NCBI GenBank assembly: GCA_003344405.1
Contig: NOWV01000139.1
Coordinates: 1-64,000, forward strand
Length of the DNA: 64,000 nt
Direction: 5' to 3'
Source: Trichoplax sp. H2
Lineage: Eukaryota
Shown: piece by piece, positions 41,053-53,170 of the stretch
How the letters are laid out: every line of letters begins with the position of its first letter
How positions within the stretch are numbered: position 1 is the first letter of the stretch
The notes under the pieces: generated by a model
Seen by the model: only the letters and a program-made list of their open reading frames with translations
What the model was told of the DNA's origin: nothing
Databases searched by the model: none
Program-made: the position numbers and the translations under genes

Positions 41053-43599
41053 AGCTGTTAGATCTTATTACTTAAACTAAGCTTTCATGGTGTTGCAGGA
41101 TAGAAAATCATGTCGAATTTTTAAAAGTATAAAAAATATTCAATCGTAATAAAATTATCAACGATGATGATTAAAATTAATTTGCTACCATTTCGTAATG
41201 GCTGCTATGTAATTGCTATAAGTGATCAGCTTGATCATCGTTAAGGTTGTGAAAGAATACGAATTCGATTATACACTGATCCATGTTCAATTACCTTATG
41301 ACTATATAATCGTATTGAAAAGAAATTATTGTTACATGAGTTATCCACTTGATCAAGATTGGATCATAAATCAAGGGTAAAACGGTATTTTGCTTGCGTA
41401 ATAGTTCAACTATTCTCTTATTAATTCATCTTATGATATATAACATTATAGCTATAAGTAATCGGCTAGACGACTAGGGCCGCAAAAGAGACTGAAATAA
41501 TGTCTTGCTTTCGTCAGTTTTTAATTATTTCTGACGATTGCATCCTTCTGAAAAAGAATATATTGCAATGAGTGATCAGTTTGATTGTGACTTAGGAGTA
41601 TAAAAGAGAAGTGGCTTCCATCTTGAATTAATAAAATTCTTTCAATCATTTTATCATTGCCTTAAGTCCTCAACTTGTTAATAACTAAGTAGTAAAAGAG
41701 ACGAAATAAGATATTATTCCAATTAAACTGAAGTTTAAATGAAGTACAATTGTGGATGCTTCATTATTATTATTTAGTCATTCGAAAAAATCATTGGGCT
41801 TACATACTGAGATATAAAATACAATTTTTTTATGCTATTTCTATATTGCCTAAAGGTGTCATTCTAGCACTAATACAGCTGATTCAATATCAGCTTGATA
41901 ACTGAAATACAAATAAAAGGATCTTACTATAGTTAGGGTATATTTAAATTGTTTTCGAAAAATAAAATTATTGACGAGTGTAAGCGTCTCAACTATAGTT
42001 TAATAAATATATACCAGTCGATACATTTTCAAAAAACAACGGCCTGAATGTTCTGCTAAACCGTTAATTCATAACTTCATGATGTCTAACATAAAATAAC
42101 TGCAGTTACACTATTAATAATGATCAGCTTCATGATTAGAGTCGCAATAAGGGCTGGGAAAAGGTTCCTCTTCAATAAGTGGATATCAATTGAAAAATTA
42201 AGTTAATTACAGAAATAGATACTTCCATTACAGTTGAATGATAATAACTGAGTTTAATTTCCAAAATAAATCATCGGTTTTAAATAGCCGTAGCTGTAGA
42301 TCAATATATCTTTCCATGAATTTATTTGTAATTTGTGGAATACTGTATAAGAAGAGATCTTAGCGTTGTTGAAGCTAGTTGCAGCTAATCTAACATCAAG
42401 TTGATGACTTGTGATAGTGTTAATAGTTCTAAAGAATGCCATTGCAAGGTCATTGGGGAATGATATTGAAAGTAATATGAACAGAAATTTTTAGCTTTGT
42501 TTTAATGCCTAGTATAATGTCAAATACTTGTATAATTTCAAATAAAAAACGATAGCATAATTACTTCTAGAATGCCTACTATACTGTTTATAATAGTAGC
42601 AAAAGTTGCTGTCCATTTGTGAACCCTAAGGAGGTATATAAGCCCAACTCTCTTTTTATTGGGTGAGGTATATTATTATAATAAGGCAAATAAGTTATCA
42701 ATTTGATAGTGTTTGGAGTTGTAATAGAGCTTAAAACTTAGTCGTTGATACGAATAGTTTTAATACCGTCATAAACTGATTAATAACTATTTCAATCGAA
42801 GTCATACCGTTAAATATCTGTAGCTACTTAAAACTTTTAACAGTGTCAGTAAAATGCGTGAAGGAAATGAATCAATTTGCAGTACCATCTTTCTAGGGCA
42901 GCCAGATATTAGGCTTGTATTGAAAGATAGACGCACGCTGCACTTCATCACGGAGTATGAATATGGAATGTCTTCAGTAATGCTGGATTTTTATTAGCAT
43001 GATTAGAACTAGAATGGTTTTGCTACAGTTAGATCTATCTAGCAGCAAAAAGATATTCTATTTTCATAGGCTGAATACTTGTGATGCTCACTGTTCTTAT
43101 TAATTGCTAAGTTGAACCATTTAAACTGATATATTTATAGCAGAAATTTGGTAATGTTAATATTTTGAATGCCATTGCTAAAACATTAGGCTTGCTTGAT
43201 TTATCCTCGAACTTAACTATACAAGATTATTAATCGTCATCACTAATCTGAAGGGACTTGTTGGAACTGAAGTTTGTAAATTTAATTGTGGTTATTATGA
43301 TAGTTTGTCCTGTGATGTTTACGTTGTAATTATCTTAATTCCAATGGTATGGATACGATATCATATTTAGGATGGCTAACCTGAACTGATCGTACTGAAC
43401 TCATTCGGTTGTAATGCAGACAATAAGATAGCGACAAAAAATTAGCTTATTTAGCTGATGCTTAACCTATGTAATCTGCTATTCGTAATAACTAGTCCAA
43501 GCTGCTGCTTTTCGGGCTGAAGTTTCAATTTTTAGAAGGCCACAATATGAACCATGCAGTTACTGTCATTAAGTTAATTTATTTAGCTTATGAAGGACT

Positions 43600-44085
43600 T
43601 TTCAGGCCTTCACAACGCGTAAATTTTGTTACTACTTCGGCTAATGCTATTCATCGATTCACAATTGACCATTTCCACACGCTGCAGCGCGATGCGAAGC
43701 AAATTGCAATTACGACTCGTAAAGATCCAATTTTAAGGCAAGTAACTACGTCCAACAAGGTTGGCTTGCCGCTTTTCAACCCGACCTATACATATTTTGG
43801 AAATATCGTATTGAACTTACAACGCAAGACAGATGTTTACTATGGTGATCGTGCTTAATTAACCCTCCAAAACATCAAGCAGATATTTTGCAACTCTTAC
43901 GTAAGTTTCATTCAGGCATGCTAAATATAAAAGAGTTTAGCACCCCTTCACTTTTAGTGGCCTGATACCAGTCAATACATAACAGCACTGGTCCAAAATT
44001 GTCTTCAAGGTACTGAACATGCAAAAAATTCTCTATTTGTACCACTTCACCAAAGGGAATATCTGACCACATCCTAAACGTTCAT
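43600..44085 (+). mobile_element. Decayed Ty3/Gypsy-type pol fragment (RNase H-integrase linker and integrase zinc-binding region)
   Basis: Across frameshifts it reads DAKQIAITTRKDPILRQV..YVQQGW..IELTTQDRCLLW*..PPKHQADILQLLRKFHSGM..WP..LVQNCLQG..PLHQ, matching the typical Gypsy 'T.KDP.L..V..Y...GW...L.....L.WG.RV..P......L..LH..H.G....WWP......V..C..C' pattern. Confidence 0.8.
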
Positions 44086-44689
44086 TTTGTAGTGATAATA
44101 ACGTTCAATTGGTACCGCTGTGTAAACTATTCCAATCAGAATAAATTTTAATAATCAGTTCTACAGTATGTGAAATTAACATTCGTGAAGAGAAACCTAT
44201 TCTTAATTTTATTAAGGCATATTAAATATCAAGTAGAACTTACTACTCATAATATTGGTATATTTGCTACCGTGTGACTCCATTTACTGTAATACGACAC
44301 ATTACTCAAACTGGCTATAATCTGTTCAATTTATTTTTAATACCGTAGACAATATTAATAGTATAGGGTTTTAATCATGAAAGATTTTAAAGCATCACTA
44401 GATATGCGCTATACGCGTATTATAGTCAAAATATATCATGATTAAAGCTAGGTATTTTCGTCTTTATCAACTGATTACTTTAGAAACAACTTCACTAGAA
44501 GCCCTACTGAGCAATAAAATGAAGATAAGCTATTTCTTTTTTCGTTACGAACTGATAATCTTGTAAGTTATTGTAAGTTATTTAAAGTGTAATGAAATGA
44601 AAAGTGTAGAGATCAAGCTATGAAACTTTAACAAACTTTGATTCTACTTTCGTTGCACTCCGGTCGACTTAACGATAATACTTTGATAC

Positions 44690-45444
44690 CAAATAAAATT
44701 TGGGGAAATAACCGAACAACAATTTATTTCAAAACAAAAATGGAGAGAAGTATAAACCGAACAACCTTACAAATACTTAGCTTTAAGTATTATTAAAATA
44801 AATGACAGACTTAAAAACTGTCAACGACCAAACAACCTTTCAAAAAGAAGAACGTTTTAACTTACGACAATTCGACCCCGAAGGCCTTTTAAATTCAACA
44901 AGTTCTTCAAATAAAATCTTCTTCTACTCTCCCTCTCAATTTTCTAATTGCACTATCATTTATAGGCTTCGTAGAGCCGTCTGAGGTATTTAAAACTGAA
45001 CAGTTGCTAACCAATCGCTCTTAAGGTCCGTTTTAGAAAACTACTTTGCACCATTTAAGAAAACAAAAATCATTCAAAGTTCAGACACAATTTACCCTAC
45101 GATTCCCTTACAAACACTGTAAAAGTAACAAGCTAACTATAAAAATACATCAAACTTCATTTCTAACATAATTTCTATCATTAATACACTATAAAAGTCT
45201 AAAAATCAACCTTTAAACATCAAGATTTAGTCATAAAAACAACATTCTAACTACCTAATAATCAACACAACCTCTGCCAATTTCCATCTTATTTTCTATT
45301 TTCCTCACTAAATCTCCTAATGTGACTTCAAGTCACGTCATAAAATTCCAAAGTTTCAAATTCATAACAAAAAGTCCAAATCTCAAAAATCAACTCTTAC
45401 GATATTTTTCACAAACAAAAATGAGGTCCTATATTAGTAGAGAT
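44690..45444 (-). mobile_element. Strand-skewed insertion with a Helitron-like 5' terminus (left boundary uncertain)
   Basis: The minus strand begins A|TCTCTACTAATAT at ~45443, as in Helitron 5' ends. The G-poor composition stops abruptly there. No clear canonical 3' hairpin-CTRR end. Confidence 0.4.
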
Positions 45445-45686
45445 ATCTTATCGATCATGAAAATTATATACGTTAACATTGTCAACTAAAAGTGTATGAA
45501 CAATCTAATCAGTTGTATATAAATGGCACAATGATGTTCGTAGAAGCTCCTAATATACTAATTGGGAAATTATAATTATTTATAAGATGATAGAAGATTT
45601 TTCTATTAGTTGTTTCGAAGTGAGGTCTTCCTGTAATGATTAATTCCTATCCTCCGTTAACGTTGGACTTCCAATAAATTGTAGTA

Positions 45687-45807
45687 AAAGCTATTACTAC
45701 TCGTTAATATTTTCTTTTTCTTGGTATAAAAGCTATTACTACTCGTTAATATTTTCTTGACCTTGGTATAAAAGTTTTATTACTACTCGCTAATATTTTC
45801 TTGACCT
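45687..45807. repeat. ~42-bp tandem repeat x3 upstream of paralog D
   Basis: AAAAGCTATTACTACTCGTTAATATTTTCTT...CTTGGTAT repeated three times with few changes. Confidence 0.9.
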
Positions 45808-46455
45808 TTGAATTTTATTATAATAACTTTACCAATACTATTCAATAGTAAATGAAATACTTACTAGATACTGAGTAAAAGTCACTGCTATTTTTTGATT
45901 TCATATTGGCAGTGATCCTAAGGTGCATAATAGATCTTTGCTAAATGATATTGTTTTTCTAGATATCTTGAATGAAATCTTCAATTCAATAATAGCACGT
46001 ATGAATATAGTTCCATCTAATCCTCCAATCAACGTGCTTATTATGCTTTCAATTAATTGCTATTTCTTAGGCAATCCGCTTTGGCCAATTAACTTACCGT
46101 GATGACAATAAATGCATTCATTTCTATTGGATTTTATTTCCTTTGTTTCGCTATAGTATATTCCATCTTTTTGCCGGCTAAATTTCGGCCCATATTTAAA
46201 TAATAACCATTAATTCAATTTTCAGATTTATTCTTAAAAGCCAAACTTGGTTTTATAAAAGATTGAATTTCAATTTTTAAGAAGCTAGAAAGGTTTTAAG
46301 TAAGCCTAAGAAATTTCAATATCAGAAAGAGATTTTCATTTCTTAATATAATTATTGCGATGTGTTATTTAGTTGAAAAATAGGTTAAAAAATTAAGATA
46401 TTGATATTTTTCGTCGTATCTTTTCACAGGGTTACTCTTCTCTGAAAGTGAAGCT

Positions 46456-49400
46456 ATGGCTACTTTGCAACACCAGCAAAATCCACAGCAATATCAATTT
46501 CAACAGCAGCAACAAATACCACAATCAATACAGGTTCAGGCTCCATCAGTAAATTATACCGGTACTACATGTTGTGGCCCTTTCCGCAAAGTTTTAGTTG
46601 GTAGATCGCGTTCTACCGCTTATGGAATTGGCATCGCTATCCTAATTACTGGTCTAGTCAGCTTGATTACTGGTATAGTTGGATTCTTTGTCAATGGATC
46701 CTGGGTCTATTTTTACGGTCGTTATAGATATATAATTAATCCTACTCCCTATATTGGTGCCAATATTTGGGCCGGGATATTTGTAAGTAAAAATATCAAC
46801 ATTAATAGATGATCTCGTTTAATGAATATCATTAATACTTTCCATGTCTGCAATAATTTAAATAGTAAAGTACATCGGTATTTGATCCCCTGAAAGCTGT
46901 ATCGATTTATATCAGCGTTGATTTATAGTGAAATTGTAATCGAAACTTATAGATTTTGCTTTATCGATAATACTCGCACCACCGATAGCTCTTGAACTAA
47001 TATGCTATTATGATTTTTTAGAGAGGGATTGCTATTAATTGGAAATCAATAGTAGTGTTAAAGAAGCTTCGCTTATTCTTTAGACTAAAATTATCTCATT
47101 CCTTGGAAATCTTTGCTAACACAGCTATTTTGGAATAGACAGTGATGAAGTAGATTAAAATCAAATAGCGAAAACTTTATTACAATAATTTGTACCCTGA
47201 CCAAATTACCAATTAGTGAATTCTATCCATTTCTTAAAAACCTAATATAAGCTTAACTGTAAATGCGTACTATACTTACAGTCAATAATATCTATAAGTA
47301 CATACATAATCTTACAATTTTACAATTTAAAATAATGTTTGACTTAGAATTGCACAATATTGTAACCTTAATCTTGATCTATATTGGGGACTACATAACG
47401 GCTATATCTAAATCGTTACGTGTAATTACTGTATTCAGTACATGGAAATCATTTCATACTATGATATTTCATTTAGAACCAATAACCTAAGTTGTTTGCT
47501 TGGCTATTTCAAATAAATTATATACTACTATACTTCCTTGTGATTAAAGAACAAAATCATCTTATATCTGGCTATTCCTTTTTAAAATTGTTGCTATTTT
47601 GATATTTCAATAATTGTACAGTTGAATTCGATTTCGTTTCCCCCTATGTCTCCTCTATCCAACGTCTTTCATGATAATCATTATTTTTCTAAGAATTGCG
47701 TTATTCAATTAATTCTGTTTTGACGGACTGAAATCAATTGCTTTTTTGCTTATTTATTTTAAAATAGTAGTTTTTGAAGATGACTTCATGATCTGAATTA
47801 TTGCTGACAATCGAAATTGATTTTATTCCTTGCCGCTTCGTTTATATTTTTATACCTTATTGTCACAAAACAGCTTTGCAACAAGATAACGTAATGTACG
47901 ATCAATAAGTCAATTCCTTGAACCACGTATCAAGGAACGATATCTGTACTATCACAAACACTTTTGCTCTACTAGCAGACTACACAAAGACTTAGATGCC
48001 TCGTATTTTACGTTAAACACTAAGTTTAAGAATCCACTTTATTACACGATATACTGCATTTATATACTATTCCTCAATAACTAATGAGTCATAATTAATA
48101 CAATTAACATTGGAATCATTTACTGCATTAGATATTATAGCTACTGCTTCCTTAATGCAGATAACAGTATTTACGAACATAGACATGTGATGACTAATAC
48201 AGAATAGTCAGATTACGATATGTCCCTATCACGGAACATTTCCATGATAATTTACAATCTACCATAAGTAAATTACAATCACAATGATTCGAACCGTAAG
48301 TAGATGATTTGCATTCCCTATTATAACTATTAATTTCAGTATGTGTATAAGTGTTACTGTTATAAAAAGTCAGTGCTATATTAAAACACAGTATATCCAA
48401 ATTAGAAGTTAAATAAGGATAGGCTAACAGAATTATCTTAACATAGATATTTCTACTCTAATACAGTACATAACACTGCCACACTTACAATTAGTGATTC
48501 AAAATGATTTGTTTTAAACCATAGAGATTATTAGATCCGAATCTTTCTCACTCTCATTTCTTAGCAAGATTTAAATATAGTACATTTAAAATCGCATGAA
48601 TGCTCAAATACCCGTACTGATTTCATTTTCTTAACGTTTTCTAGTACATCCTGACTGGTATCTTTGGAATTGCTTCGTCTAAAAATCAAACCAATCCTCA
48701 TTTGGTTAGGAAAAACATTTGATTCTAAATACTTTACGATGCCTCAACTTATTTTCTAGATAGAATAAACACATAGTAATACCTTTAGTCCTAATCAGAT
48801 CGCAAAAGTTTGATTTCTCGTATTGTATTAAGCATATCTCCCTTCATGTTTATGAAAATAGTTGAACTCTTATTTTGCTTTTGCCATCATTTCCTTAATT
48901 CTGGCAATACCGCATTTTGGTGTGAGCCTCGGTATATTGGTGCAGTTTATCCATGTCTTGGGTCGCACGATATGGTTTAACAGTGTCGCCTTAATATTAT
49001 CCATAATTGCTTTTTCTTTGTCCTTGTCATCCTTGGTTATTTTGGGCAATAATGTGTATTGCAATCAATGTAAATCGACTGTAAGTGACGTTGAAAAGAT
49101 GGAATAATGTTATATTCAGCCGTAAAGTACCGTTTACTTACGCGGTAAAGTTTTCTTTACATCAGTCACGATTTATTATTAATCTACTCTGAAATACCAT
49201 AACAAAATCTGACAATTAACTGGACTTATACACTCCAGTATTATTGTTACCATAAATCAAATTCGATAAAGTTTAGTATAGAACTTCTTGCAAATCATAT
49301 ATTAATCTCCAGAGTAAAAAATTTCTAAAATTAGCTAACTTTATTACGTTATTGAAATAAATTATACGATCAAATTTCGGTAGGCATTTGGAAACTAAAT

Positions 49401-51521
49401 TTACCATACTTTTATATACAGTGATATCTAGCTAGATTAAAAAGCCATTAATTCTGCTTTTACAAGCATAGTATTTAGCCAAAATAATGAGGCAATAATC
49501 TTACTTTTATTTTAACGTAAAATTATCGAAAACTTATCCTACGATTTTGTAATCATGTTAAGAAATGGGACAATCGCTTTAAATCATCCAATAACTTATA
49601 GTAACCTTTGTAGTACTATTCTGGGCCTATTAATTCATTTTCGGTCCAAAAAATCCTTAAACAGTCTACAGAAAAGTTTAATAAAGATAGTGCTGCTCTT
49701 TACGTGATAGCTCACAATTTCTACGATACTCGGCATTTAGAAGTTATTTATCAGCAGAATATTTTATAATCAAAAGCACGTAAAGGGTTACTTATGGATT
49801 ATTTAGAATTTTTAGAATGCGAAAGCAATCTGAGCGATCTCAAAACGGCATTATTCAGTTATTAAAAATGTGAATAGACAGGAGAGGATAGGATACCGTT
49901 AATGTAACCATGTTTTGATTGGCCTATCCCCTGGTCGATGACTGATTAGTATATAATTGCCTTTATACCAACTTAAGTTACTGCTATGTTTTAGCTTTCA
50001 AAAATCATCTACGCATATAGTATTATTTCAAGCTAATATAACCCGTAGATAAGCAATATAGATCTCAAAAAGGAACGAATCTTGATAAATATATGTTCAT
50101 CTCTAATTTAAATGTTTTGTTTTATGACAGAGTTTCTATCGTATTAAAGTATGATTATTTAAGCCTTTATTGCTTAAAAATTCATACTATATACTCATTA
50201 AAAGTTAAGAAACTTGTAAATGTAGATATTGATACATCTTTGATTCATACCTTAACACTGAAAATTTCAAGCGTTCAAAAGTTATCCACTATATAATTCA
50301 ATTATACGCTACTGTATACTTTCAGTTATTGATAGTAGAGGTTCATTAGAAATTGACGTAATCCTTCAAACCGATAATTCTGAATCTTTAGCGCTATTCC
50401 GATCTATAAATTTTTGAAATTTAGTCTATACAATTATTTTAAGCTATGTTTTTTCTGTGATCGGTTTATGAAACTGTAAGGAATGGATAAAAATGTTTTA
50501 AGTGGTCTTATATCAATATTATTTAATGGTTTAATTTATCTATAGACTGTTTCGGCGGTCCACTATCAAGGCGCTAATCAAGTAGTAACCATTCAGCAAT
50601 ACCCAGCACAACATCCAGCTCCTTATGCAGTCCATTATTCTGCTCAACCTGGTGCGTATCTTTTGTATCATTACAAATACTTTGCTTCCAAAAAACAGAT
50701 ATTACCCATCACTTTCAGGAAATATTAAATTGCAAACTTTTCGAATTTAATAAGAGAAATAATTGCTGCAATTCTATCAAAATAAGTAGCTATAAGTATC
50801 ATTCATATGAAATTCCAAAATACCAGTAGGTAATTGGTAGTGTAGACATCCAAAGTAAAGTCTATCGACATACTCGTACTATTTAATATCTGAAATTTTA
50901 CGATAGATATTTTTTATATAAAAAGATTCATTCTAACAATAGGCATCAATTCCGATACTGCAATCATAACATTAACTTCTATATTTAATTATAATACTAT
51001 ACAGTTCATTTAAATTTCATCAACTGTAGTCCAAGTTAATGCAGAGCTAGAATCTCGTGAAAAATATTATTAATCAAGTATATAAAATACATATAATGCT
51101 CATCGTGATAAGGAATACTATGATATAAAATATTGCTTTTTAGCTTACATACGAGTATACTCAAACTAGATCCGTAATAGAATATCTTATCTGTATGCAG
51201 TCGAATTGTAAATACGTGGAATAAAGCACATTTAACATAAAAGAATTTTATTTACAATTTCAGGAAATTTGTTTAATAGCCTATTTGAAATCACTATGAT
51301 CTCGGATGCATTACTAATGTACTATGGAAAATAATTTTAAATTTATACTTTTATTATTAGTTATGACTTTCCAACCAACTGTTCCGGTATATGTTCCCAA
51401 TTCAACAACTGGGCAATATGCAGCCGCTGCTAATCGAACCGCTATTAACAATCCAGAGAAATCTCAATTGCCGTCTTATAGCAATTTACCAGATTTACAA
51501 AGTTCAGCTAACCAGCCTTAA
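46456..51521 (+). CDS. MS4A/CD20-like four-TM protein, paralog D; exons 46456-46782, 48645-48704, 48862-49080, 50546-50651, 51361-51521
   Basis: Poly-Q N-terminus, TCCGP, IGANIWAGIF|YILTGIFGI, TIWFNSV, tail LPSYS. Its TM3/TM4 exon is most like paralog A. Confidence 0.8.
47861..48483 (-). mobile_element. Solo LTR copy 2 (623 bp) in intron 1 of paralog D, TSD CTTAT/CTTAC
   Basis: End-to-end similar to 40423-41052; TG...CA termini; 5-bp flanks match at 4 of 5 positions. Confidence 0.85.
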
Positions 51522-53170
51522 ACGATAAATACACGGTGTAATTCAGAATATCCTGTCTATATACAATGGAAGTTATTCTATGCAACGATAATTACTATAT
51601 AACATATATATTATCGTGTTTTTATCGCCTATGCAAATAATTATGACATATGACTTCATATATAAATAATGCTAGGTTATAAGTCTTGCTTTGCATACCA
51701 GTAATGTACCGTAACATATAAATTCCCATACTTACAAAATTGATGGCTTATACTAAAACATGGTTAGATATCATTTATTCGAAACCCTGTAAGAACTAAG
51801 CATAAGCAGCTATGCTATAAGTGATGGCATCAAAGCTGACCACATATTCATTATCCTTAATTTCCATTGATTTGCCAAGCTGAAATGCTTAAGAAGACAT
51901 TAGCATCAGAAAAATTAATTAAATTTCTTTAGAATCAAATCTAAAAGTGCAAGTAATTCCTGGTAAGGCTAGCCAGTTTGCAATACCTGATGGCCTCTAC
52001 TATCGAGATAATGAATTTTTACAAGCTCGCTAGTATTTATAGTAGCCTTTTACTTGCTTACTCAATAGCTTTCTAAAACAAAAATATTGCAAAATGTACA
52101 GCAGAATAAGCCGACGTAGAATCTTATTTAAATACTAATATTGTATTAATTAATTACTCATAAAGCAAAACAAACCGCAAGTATGTTAAATGAGCACATT
52201 ATCGTAAACCGTCAGTAAAACGACGGGAGTTTGCACTAGTATCTCCTAATACTTATGAAGATAATGATGAAAAAGTTAACTAATATGGCTTTAGTTTGTT
52301 AACATCAATTAGTTTAGTACTTTATTTCGTCTTCGGCCTATTTAATAAACTTGTGTAGGCAGATATTGTCTCTGATAATTGAAATGTCCTTACCGTAAGA
52401 AGTGTAGTTGTAAAATATATCAGACTTTGCTCTGTCCTACTTTAATATACTTTGCACCCGTAGAAATTTGTATTGCTTCGATGATTGGATCTTGCCTTGT
52501 TATTTTTGATCACACCATCCTTCAATGTACAGTATATACAGATTTTAGCATGTTGAAATTAATTGACTAGACTGTCGATTTGCAATGCTCGTATTTGACT
52601 TATTTTTTGATATGTGTATATAGTATTGATTACAAAGAAGTCATTAAACTCAATAAGTAAATTAATAATCCAACCTAAATCAGTTATAGCATTTAGTTAA
52701 TTATTGAAAATTTGAAAAGGTAAGGTATCTCATACATCTCTTGCTTATTCCTTATCGTATGACTGTTTTATGATGATCCACTTTCTAGTCAGTGTTCAAA
52801 TAGACGATAAATCAAGCTTGTTTTAGGAACTCAGTTTGTATACCGTATCTATTTTGTTATTTATGAACTGGAGAATTGAATACTAATTGTTTAAAAGAAT
52901 ATCATACTATCAATTTCTCATGATTAATGCATTTGGTCGTACTACATAAAGCATAAATTTCTACTTGCATAATAAATATTTTCAAAATCTACAGTATTAC
53001 AGAATAAATTCAAAAGCTAAAATTTATTAAATTATAATTTAACAGTTTTACGTTCTTACCTTTCGATAAAACGAATGAGCTTCTACTTGATATTTTTAGG
53101 AAACGTATTTGACAATTTGTAGAGTCTAAACAGATATTGCAAGTTTTAAAATACTATATCTGCCGCAATA

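Noticed and set aside
40423-48483. One 8-kb LTR retrotransposon that captured exon 1 of paralog D
   Set aside because: Each LTR copy has its own matching 5-bp TSD (AGCTG; CTTAT/CTTAC) and the outer flanks do not match, so these are independent solo LTRs.
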